Assembly: GCA_964188305.1 (NCBI GenBank)
Contig: OZ076893.1
Reading direction: 5' to 3' (one strand)
Length of the DNA stretch: 64,000 nucleotides
From: Podarcis bocagei
Taxonomy: Eukaryota
The notes under the pieces are model-generated. The model did not search any database and had not been told where the DNA came from. It saw only the letters and a program-made list of their open reading frames with translations. A program made the position numbers and the translations under genes. Shown piece after piece: positions 12,831-59,591 of the stretch (position 1 is the stretch's first letter; the number at the start of each line of letters is the position of its first letter).

Positions 12831-15733
12831 CGCTGGCTGGTTTTGTTTGGGTGGGTGGGGGGAAACTTTTGCCTTCCTTTCCTCACGTTATAGCCCTCTC
12901 CTGCATTCTTAGCCTTCTGTGTTTTTCCTTCCCTCCCCACTTAAAATGTGGTTACAAAGCATGGATCCACATGGATCCTCAGGATCTTTGCATTGGGTCA
13001 CCCCAAATTCACCATCAGAGCACACAGCATGTCCATGGCTACAGCCTGCCCCCCCAAAATCACACACCCATTGTTGCCTGGGGCTGCAATGGTGCAACAA
13101 CGTGGTTACAAAGCATGGATCCACATGGATCCTCAGGATCTTTGCATTGGGTCAGCCAAAATTCACCATCAGAGCACATAGCATGTCCATGGCTACAGCC
13201 TGTCCCCCCCCAAAAAAAAAATCACGCACCCACTGTTGCCTGGGGCTGCAATGGTGCAAAAACGTGGTTACAGAGCATGGATCCACATGGATCCTCAGGA
13301 TCTTTGCATTGGGTCAGCCAAAATTCACCATCAGAGCACATAGCATGTCCATGGCTACAGCCTGTCCCCCCCAAAAAAAAATCACGCACCTACTGTTGCC
13401 TGGGGCTGCAATGGTGCAAAAACGTGGTTACAAAGCATGGATCCACATGGATCCTCAGGATCTTTGCATTGGGTCAGCCAAAATTCACCATCAGAGCACA
13501 TAGCATGTCCATGGCTACAGCCTGTCCCCCCCCCAAAAAAAATCACGCACCCACTGTTGCCTGGGGCTGCAATGGTGCAAAAACGTGGTTAAAAAGTATG
13601 GGTCCACATGGATCCTCAGGATCTTTGCATTGGGTCAGCTAAAATTCACCATCAGAGCACATAGCATGTCCATGGCTACAGCCTGCCCCCCCAAAAAAAT
13701 CACGCACCCACTGTTGCCTGGGGCTGCAATGGTGCAAAAACGTGGTTACAAAGCATGGATCCACAGGGATTCTCAGGATTTTTGCATTGGGTCACCCCAA
13801 ATTCACCATCAGATCACATGTCTGTGGCCACAGCATGAAGCACAAAAATGATACGTCCACTGTTTCATTCAGAATATTTTTTCCCTTGTTTTCCTCCTCT
13901 AAAAACGATGTGCGTGTTATGGTCAGGTGCGTGTTATAGAGCGAAAAATACGGTAGGTTTTCCCCTTCAAACTGACCTTCCACCCAACACATGTGGAAAG
14001 CAACTCTTGAAGGGGCCTAACGTAGCACAGTACACCACACTAAGATCTTATGTTAGAGGTAACAGTACAGAACCAATCTATAAAGAATATGATTGAACCT
14101 TCATAAATATTTCACAGAAGAAAGGTTTCGAAGGACACAGGCACTTACTTCCGGTATTGCACAGATGGTCGAGATGTGATGAAAGGGCGAAGGAGAGTCT
14201 GAATACGGCCCTCCCAGCACCACACAGTGGGATAGTATGTTTCTGTCACCACAGGGCAATGGTCCTGTAGGAAACAGGATAAGCCTTTGCTGCCAGTCAC
14301 CAGCTGAGGTTTCTAAAGCGAGAAAAAGGCAAGTGTGTTGGCACTGTGTTCAATGTGACTTGCTCCTAGGTAAGTGAACATCATACTGCAGTCTTACATT
14401 TATTCATGGCTTTGGTGGAGCAAGATCCATTCTTTGCTCAAGCTATTCCCCTCCTTCAGGTTCTCTCCAACAACTTATTTTCACTGAACGTTCTTCCTAA
14501 TTTACTGCAGCCTCACTTTACATGCCCCTTCGTCATTTCCTAATTATACAGAAACCCATCCAGCCAATTGTATTATTACAGACATGCTGTGGGCCACCTG
14601 GGTAAAGCTCAAGCCACGGTTTGGGGCTCTGATCTAGAATGTGGCAATGAGAGAGGACCTTTTCTGGGGCTGCAGCCTGGAAACACACTGCCCCTTTGGG
14701 TTCAAATAGTCCACACTTACCATTTTCTGCCAGTGTAGTTTTATACGCTGACAGCCTTTTGCTGCACTCAGTTGAACTGTGAATCCTGAAAAACGCCTGT
14801 ACGACTCATGAGTTTGTCACCATGAAATGTACTTTTACACAAACTATTTGAGGCGTTGTGAAAGGATAGGTCTATCAATGTCTACTAGTCATGCAGCATA
14901 CAGATGCAACCCCCAGGTTCAAAGGCAGTATACCTCTGAGTATTCCTTGCTGAGGAACAAGAAGAGGAGAGGAGCTACTGCACTGCCTTCCTGCCCTGCG
15001 AATGGAGGTTCCCTGAGGCACTGGGTTGGCAAAACAAGGTCCCTAACTAGCTAGACCTCTGGTCTGTCTGCTGGGTTCTTCTTAGGAGGCAAAAGCAAAA
15101 CTATACACATCCTGAAGGAGACGCCAACTCCTCATGTAAAGTGTGATTGTTTGTATAAAATAGTGTATATAATTCTACATGTTTTACCCCAGGTTTGAGA
15201 TTTCACTTTTTGTTCCCTTCCACCTTGCTTTCCACCTGCAATACGCGCTGCGCAATCCCGAAGCACCAGGTTGCCCAGCCAGCAGGGAACTCAAAGTCAA
15301 ACTGACCTGCATTTCACTCCTTCCCAGTGAAAACGAAAAGGGACCCCCCCCAGCCGCCCCTCAAACTAGCCCAGCAGCCATCGACCTGCAATAGGGCGCC
15401 ACGCGCTGCAAAGGCTTCCTCCGCCGCCTCTGCAGCCGAGGCGAGCCAAGGACAATAGCCCTGCTTATTTCAAAGATGGGCTTAGCCTGGCGCTGACCTC
15501 AGCTGGCCTTTTCCGCTTCCTGCGGCTCCCTCCTCCATTGGCCTGGGTCGGCCCCGCTTCCCCAGGGACGCGAGAAGCCCCCCTACCTTGGCGATGCTGC
15601 TGAGGTAATAGCAGGCGTAAGCGGCCCCGAAGCACAGCACCAGGGACCACCCGACGCCGGAAGCCAGCAGCCCCTCCCGGACGCGGCTCTCCAGATAGAA
15701 GGACACCCCGCGGGTCAGCCCTTGCAGGTTCAT
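1396..15733 (-). CDS. ABHD3: ABHD3 alpha/beta-hydrolase (phospholipase), whole gene; complement(join 15587-15733,14149-14312,10131-10313,8933-8978,4525-4637,2712-2885,2484-2532,2230-2395,1396-1574), 1221 nt, 406 aa
   Basis: Nine GT-AG exons join in frame. N-terminal hydrophobic anchor, LLLPGLTG, nucleophile motif GVSMGG, DDVFSP and GGHIGF catalytic motifs. Recognisable as vertebrate ABHD3 and syntenic with MIB1. Confidence 0.97.
1905..2050 (+). mobile_element. L2-like LINE 3'-end fragment
   Basis: gccctccc...ttttagaagacacctgaaggcagccctg...ctgtaagccgccca, a common squamate LINE terminus. Confidence 0.55.
2230..2395 (-). CDS. ABHD3: ABHD3 exon 8 ([11 protein letters not shown]...DDVFSPNH), catalytic Asp
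   Basis: 166 nt; matches ORF 2138-2413; donor G|GTAAGG. Confidence 0.96.
2484..2532 (-). CDS. ABHD3: ABHD3 exon 7 ([16 protein letters not shown])
   Basis: 49 nt, acag acceptor, AAG|GTATGA donor. Confidence 0.93.
2712..2885 (-). CDS. ABHD3: ABHD3 exon 6 (MLLLNYLGK...CLQSSII)
   Basis: 174 nt, gtag acceptor, AG|GTGAGT donor. Confidence 0.96.
4525..4637 (-). CDS. ABHD3: ABHD3 exon 5 ([14 protein letters not shown]...GVSMG), catalytic Ser
   Basis: 113 nt, acag acceptor, GG|GTAAGT donor. Confidence 0.96.
8933..8978 (-). CDS. ABHD3: ABHD3 exon 4 ([15 protein letters not shown])
   Basis: 46 nt, phase-compatible, donor TTG|GTAAGA. Confidence 0.93.
10131..10313 (-). CDS. ABHD3: ABHD3 exon 3 ([15 protein letters not shown]...LGYR)
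   Basis: 183 nt, ccag acceptor, AG|GTAAAA donor; matches ORF 10127-10393. Confidence 0.96.
12772..12826. repeat. (GA)n / GGGAGA microsatellite
   Basis: Direct reading. Confidence 0.9.
12948..13835. repeat. Tandem repeat, unit 154-162 bp, about 5.6 copies
   Basis: Units start gtggtta.a.ag.atgg at 12948, 13102, 13264, 13424, 13585 and 13742. Confidence 0.95.
14149..14312 (-). CDS. ABHD3: ABHD3 exon 2 (KPQLVTG...PSVQYR)
   Basis: Acceptor ctttag|AAA, donor AA|GTAAGT; 164 nt; [20 protein letters not shown]. Confidence 0.96.
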
Positions 15734-16260
15734 CTCTCCAGAAGTCGCCGCCGAGCTGCGCGGCCGCAGCTTACATCACAGCCCCGAGGAAGCGCGCGGC
15801 ACGCCTAGGATGCTGGTGGTCTTGCTGCTGCTGCGATGCCGTCGAGGCTGAGCCCAAGCAGGATAGCGCCCCCTCCGGAAGGATCCGATAAAAGCAGCCA
15901 CCTGCAGCGGCTGCAGCAGCACCACCAGCAGCACGAAGCTCTCCGCCTCGGTAGCTGCTTCTTCACAGGGCATAGCAGGACACGCTGCTCCGCCCTCGCT
16001 CCCCCTTCTCTCCCTGGGGAGGATGGGTGGGCATTGAGGCTGGAGCCGGCCTTCTGGCAATCGGCAGGACGCGGGCATTGATTGGCTCTCCTTCCTCTCT
16101 GTGCAGACCGACCTTTATCCCGATTGCAAACACTGAAGCTGAATTGGGGGTAAGCTGCTCGTGGCGACCAGGCCGTGATGCTGGCTATCCGGACACTATC
16201 CGTTTCCTGGTGACATGGCTCGATCGGCCTTTGTTGCGAAGGCCACACGCTAAAAAAAAA
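15240..16260 (-). promoter_or_regulatory. ABHD3 CpG island / promoter
   Basis: GC- and CpG-rich, spans exon 1; CCAAT box (attgg 16081-16085) and GC box near 15990. Confidence 0.8.
15587..15733 (-). CDS. ABHD3: ABHD3 exon 1 (MNLQGLTRG...YYLSSIAK), membrane anchor
   Basis: ATG at 15733 inside CpG island; donor AAG|GTAGGG; 147 nt. Confidence 0.92.
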
Positions 16261-16775
16261 ACCCCAATATTGGCAGCTACTGGAAAGACCTCTGTCCAAA
16301 TATTAGCTTTGATGCTTTTGGTTATTCTGGACATTGAAATCAACGTGTCTGCAAGAAGTTGCAGGTTTGCGTGGCTGATCTCTTCACGGATTAATGATTT
16401 TCAAATCCCATTTTCAGTACTGTCCGTACCTTTCAGCTATCAGGATTTGTGGCAGTCTCACTGAAAGTACCATATGTCTGTTTAATGCCGCAATTATCCA
16501 TTTAGTCCAGGACTCAGATTTTTACAGAAGCAAGCCAGATGGCTGCAAGAATCCCCCAGGCACGTAGGAACATGGAAAATGCCTTATATAGAGTCAAATT
16601 TAACTCCATAGGCATCCACTGTAGGTATGGTCCATCTGGCTCAGTACTGTCCACAGGGCCAATTGGCCAGAGCCAACTGTGGCCAACTCTCAGGTGGGTA
16701 GGGCTGTCAACATGGGGTCCTCCACACATTGTGGCTCAACACCGATCAATTCCAGACAGAATGGGAAATACAGTA

Positions 16776-17023
16776 CAGTGGTACCTCGGATTACATACGC
16801 TTCAGGTTACATACGCTTCAGGTTACACACTCCGCTAACCCAAAAATAGTGCTTCAGGTTAAGAACTTTGCTTCAGGATGAGAACAGAAATCGTGCTCCG
16901 GCGGCGCAGCAGCAGCAGGAGGCCCCATTAGCTAAAGTGGTGCTTCAGGTTAAAAACAGTTTCAGGTTAAGTACGGACCTCTGGAATGAATTACCGGTAA
17001 GTACTTAACCTGAGGTACCACTG
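16776..17023. mobile_element. Tigger/mariner-like MITE
   Basis: TIRs cagtggtacctc / gaggtaccactg with TA TSD; internal cttcaggtta repeats. Confidence 0.85.
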
Positions 17024-17139
17024 TAATCATGTTAGCTCCCCCTGCTGGAGACAATGAACCACTTTGAAGTTTGTTTGCTATTTTTTCAATCAAGCAGTAT
17101 ATAAATTTTATGAAATAAATAGAAAAAATAAAAATACCA

Positions 17140-17421
17140 GGTCAGGCTATTTGTTTACCCAGACCAGTATGTTCTACAGCAGAGACAGCTAAGCTGGTGT
17201 CTTCCAGACTACATCTCTCATCACAATTGTTTTCTGTGCTGCCTGGAACTTATGGGGAGTTCTTCCACATTTGGAGGGCTGATTTTGGCTACCTCTGGTC
17301 TACAGACTGGCAGGATCTCTCTGAGGTCTCAGGCAGAGGTCTTTACCACCACTTGCTATTAGATATCTTTTTTAAACTGGAGATTGCACCTGGGACATTT
17401 TGTATGCCAAGAATGTGCTCT
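17140..17421 (-). mobile_element. Degenerate tRNA-derived SINE (Squam3-like), interrupted by the LTR-like element
   Basis: Antisense tRNA-head-like ttaaactggagattgcacctgggacattttgtatgccaagaatgtgctct. Confidence 0.5.
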
Positions 17422-18527
17422 TGTCAAGGCAGGGGTCGGGAGCTGGTCAACAATAACTCTCATGGTGTCAGTAAAGTTAATTATTTATCCAAAGAAAGAA
17501 AACAGATCAGGCCTAAAGAGCACAGCAGTTCTTCCTAGTAGGTCTTGCTGCAATGAGGACTGAAGGTCCACTGCACTCTAAGTCTCCTCCTCCCCTGGGT
17601 CCCTGCTCAGCAACCTGAGGAACCTTCATCTTGTCCCTCTTTGTTCTGTCCTCTTCATTCCCCTTCATGTTCTGGGAGACTAGGGGGGAGAGGAGCTGGT
17701 TGCAACGGTGGGGGGCTGGAGAGTGTCAGCATCGCCCTTGAGCCAGTGCCACTAACTGGACTCATCCACTTCAGCCCAACTGGGATAGGCGAGCTGGGTA
17801 GCACTTCTGCACAGGAACAGGTCAAAGTGCTGTGGACTCACAGCTTAGAGTTGTGAGCACCGGATTCACTCCCACAAGAAGACAGTTGTCGCACAGCAGA
17901 GTACAGCAGAGTCTAGCAGAGTATATAAACAACTCAGAGAGCAGCTCTGTAGAATATCTTCTTTATTCTATAACTACAACTATAATACAACTATATACAG
18001 AGCTAAATAGGTCTAAGCATAAATGAATGCTTAACCGCACTGAGTGTCTGCAGCTGCTCTTAGCAGCAACCTTATCTAAACACACAATCTCTCTCTAACA
18101 CTCTCTCTCTCCGACACACTGACAGACTCTTTGATGTGGTGCTGGAGCAGAATAAGTAGAGAGCAGAACACGCCTCCTCCTCTCTGGAGAATCAGCAGAC
18201 TCCTCAGGAGATTCTTGGATATGGGAGGGGTGAAATCTCCTCAGAGAGAACCCCTTGATTCTTCAGCAGCCTGCCTCTTGGCAACCCTCTTCTCCAGCTT
18301 CTACTTCTGCCTCTGATTCTGGACTGCTCTCTGCTACAGCCTCTTCCTGCTCACTAAACCCTGTTACCTCTTCAGTTTCTGACACCTCCTCCCAATCTGC
18401 TCCCTCTTCTCCCTCTGACCACTTGTCATCACCCCACTACCAGTCCCCTAGGTTTGAGCCTCTTTCCCTTGGGGGTTATTCAGCTGGTGCCTCCCACCAC
18501 TTCTATGCATCCAGCCAGCCCATGACA
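17422..18527 (-). mobile_element. Solo-LTR-like element (about 1.1 kb)
   Basis: TGTCA...TGACA termini, 5-bp flanks gctct/gctgt, internal minus-strand AATAAA near 17962. Confidence 0.6.
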
Positions 18528-18703
18528 GCTGTACATTGTTATCCCTCTACATTTAGGTATCAGGCAAAATAACTATTGATACTAGTCTTTCCCATCAATT
18601 AGTCTAATACCTTTAAACCATTTCAGGATAATAATGGACTAGAGTTCCCCAATTTCCTAGAGTTTCAGCAGCTTTCACAATCCATTCCCTTCCTAGAGAA
18701 AGT

Positions 18704-19180
18704 TGTTGTTTAGTCATTTAGTCTTGTCCGACTCTTTGTGACCCCATGGACCAGAGCACGCCAGGCACTCCTGTCTTCCACGGCCTCCCGCAGTTTAGTC
18801 AAACTCATGCTGGTAGCTTTGAGAACACTGTCCAACCATCTTGTCCTCTGTCGTCCCCTCCTCCTTGTGCCCTCAATCTTTCCCAACGTCAGGGTCTTTT
18901 CCAGGGAGTCTTCTCTTCTCATGAGGTGGCCAAAGTATTGGAGCCTCAGCTTCAGGATCTGTCCTTCCAGTGAGCACTCAGGGCTGATTTCCTTAAGAAT
19001 GATAGGTTTGATCTTCTTGCAGTCCATGGGACTATCAGGAGTCTCCTCCAGCACCATAATTCAAAAGCATCAATTCTTCAGCAATCAGCCTTCTTTATTG
19101 TCCAGCTCTCTCTTCCATACATCACTACTGGGAAAACCATAGCTTTAACTATACGGGCCTTTGTTGGCAAGGTGATGTCT
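18704..19180 (-). mobile_element. 5'-truncated BovB/RTE LINE 3' end
   Basis: ORF tail LQYFGHLMRREDSLEKTLTLGKIEGTRRRGRQRTRWLD...VHGVTKSRTRLND, (CAA)n tail, 11-bp TSD ctagagaaagt (18693-18703 / 19181-19191). Confidence 0.92.
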
Positions 19181-20011
19181 CTAGAGAAAGTACTAGAATC
19201 ATAACAGGTTTCATAGAACTCTGTTGTTGTTTTTAAATTAGGGTTACAGGTTGAAGATGAATTGCTTGTATCATAATTGCATTTACAAGGATCATGGTGA
19301 TTGAGTGGGGAGGTGAGTGAAGGCTTATTTTATGCTACTTTAATCGCTCCAATGTGCTGTGTTTTATAAATTTATGAAATATTGACAATAATATCTTCCA
19401 TCAGGACCAATCAGGGTTAAAAATGCAGACTCAACCTTTTGAGTTCCACAGAACTTTTCGTCAGACTAAATGTTAAAGGCGAACGGTGCCTCTAGGACTA
19501 GCCAGGGGTTGCTTCTCAGGCCCCTGTGGGGCAGTGTGAGGAGGCACCTCTCTTTGGGGCAAGGGGGGAGGGAAAGCTCAAAGGCTTGGGCAGCAGCTGC
19601 AGCTGGTCAGAGGACTCCCAAAGAGAGGGGAGAGGAGGCTGAGGGTATACTCCAACAGGGTGGGTGTTTGAAAAAGGGTGAGAGGCTGCCAGCTCTGCAG
19701 GCAAGGGTGACATAACTGGGCTCCTGATCCCCACAGGGGTGCTGCAGAAAGAATGAAGTTGGTCAAGGGAGCCATCAACCCAAAAAGCTTGAGAAACGTT
19801 AAGGGAACAAAAAGCACAATGACTATGAGCCAAGAAAGAAAAAGGCAAGAAAATGGTAAAATCTATAAAAGTGTTTTGCTCTGATAAACAAATTTATTCA
19901 TTTATACTGTATATGCTATCACATAAACAGATTTCTCTGGGCAACATAATAAAAATGTTACAATCCAATCCAGAGTGTACTGTGTTTCATAGTAACTTAC
20001 CCTTCTTTGTA

Positions 20012-20103
20012 AAAGGTAAAAGTAAAGTACCCCTGACAGTTAAGTGCCAATCGGAAGGTCGGCGGTTCAAATCCCTACGACAGGATGAGCTCCCATTGCT
20101 CGG
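20012..20103. mobile_element. Rearranged Sauria SINE fragment: 3' tail on minus strand joined to 5' head segment on plus strand
   Basis: 13-bp TSD acccttctttgta (19999-20011 / 20104-20116); both pieces align to the full copy at 49187. Confidence 0.85.
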
Positions 20104-21599
20104 ACCCTTCTTTGTAGTTCATTATAAATGTTCAGTGTACATCTGGTCTTGCTGTACAACCCTGCTCCTGTCACATGACATCTCATCTTCAGCCATCCAC
20201 CCCAAAGATACTCAGTGTCAGAAGCTAAGCCACCAGTTGTTGCATGGAACGCACCTGCAAAGCAAAAGAAAATTCCATCATGTATAGAAATCAAAAGTTG
20301 AGAGCAGCACATTTGAATAGTGGCTAGCTGTAATAGGCTTGGAATGGAATGCTAGGAAGGCACCATCAAACAATAAGGAAAAACGACAAAGGCACCATTA
20401 AAAGGAAATTGTTAGCTAGGTAATCAGAATGAAAATGGAAGCTGGACATGTGTTGCATGAAGGGTGCTGTTACGTACCAGGAAATGTATTGTATGCACAC
20501 AGCTGGGAAAGCTACCATACACTGACGCAGCTTTGTATCCAGTTATTCTTTAAAGAGGCAGAAGGGGTATAACAATAGAGTTCCCTAATTAATACTCAGA
20601 ACACATTGCATCGGGCTTCCTCAGGGAATCAGTGAAGCCCAAGACCTGAAAGAAAACAATGGGGGTTGCCACCTGCAGTTTTCTCACTTTAAAATAATCC
20701 CCCACCCCTGCTGCCCCAACTTTAGATGGCTAGTATCTGCCATCTATTGGGTGGAATTTGAATTGTACTTGTTTTTTGTTTTCAGTGGTAAGGGAAAAGT
20801 AATGAATTTGGTTTGACAGTTTCTAAGGCTGCCAGCTGGTGCAATACATGCAATCAAAAGCTTGTGGACTTTAGTACAAAAAAGGCATATATGTCATAAT
20901 AAAAGGTTGCTTTTTGCACCAACAGACTCATACAGCTAGTCCTCTGGAAGTTATTACCAGGCTATTATTAGTAAGGATATCTGCAAGGATGACATCTTTC
21001 AATGCAATTTCAGTGGATGAAATAGTAAAATCTCCAAAGCTTTTTAAAAAACAAAACAAAAACAAGTTAATGAACATATTATTATTTGTAAGGCATGCCT
21101 GTAATACCAGGTTCCTTGAGGTTATATATTTTTGTCTTAATAAAAACTTTGCTGGCATCAAGTACTTTGCCCATACAGTATCATTTTCCCGATACGTTCA
21201 GGCTGTAATACTCGACCGAGTTTTGTGTACCAAGAACCCATAAATTTTATGGAACTAGCATCTGTCTCTATTAAGCACATAAGAGTGGTGTATAATAGTC
21301 TTGTCTTATAGCCATAATCTTTAAATGACTTTTACTACTATCAGAACATTTGGACATTTTTACTACTATCAAGAAACAGTTGGACGCTTTGGATGAAAGA
21401 TCTTGGTCGCGATCGGTGTGATGAGATGATGCCGGTTAGAAGGGGCAGCAGTGTTATGGGGATCCTGGCATCTATAGCCCTCATGGACAGCAGCAGAAAA
21501 TCTATACGTGTGTACTTAATAATCCTAAACACTTTTCCATTCAGACAAGATCCCCGTTTAACCTTTTTGGAAAGTTTTCAAGGAAAAGCGGAAACAGAA

Positions 21600-59591
<37,992 letters not shown>

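Larger units (their letters stand above)
12202..13953. mobile_element. Non-autonomous Tc2/pogo-like (Tc1/mariner) DNA transposon containing a tandem array
   Basis: Perfect 20-bp TIRs ccgtatttttcgctctataa / ttatagagcgaaaaatacgg, TA on both sides, subterminal tgcgtgttat repeats. Confidence 0.85.

Noticed and set aside
12948-13835. CRISPR-like regular repeat
   Set aside because: Whole units are repeated with no unique spacers; vertebrate DNA, no cas genes
12749-13851. Long ORFs (297 aa, 194 aa) with repeated peptides
   Set aside because: They are translations of the 160-bp tandem array inside a TIR element; frames shift at homopolymers and there is no transposase motif
18710-19057. Functional 115-aa gene
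   Set aside because: C-terminal remnant of a 5'-truncated BovB/RTE ORF
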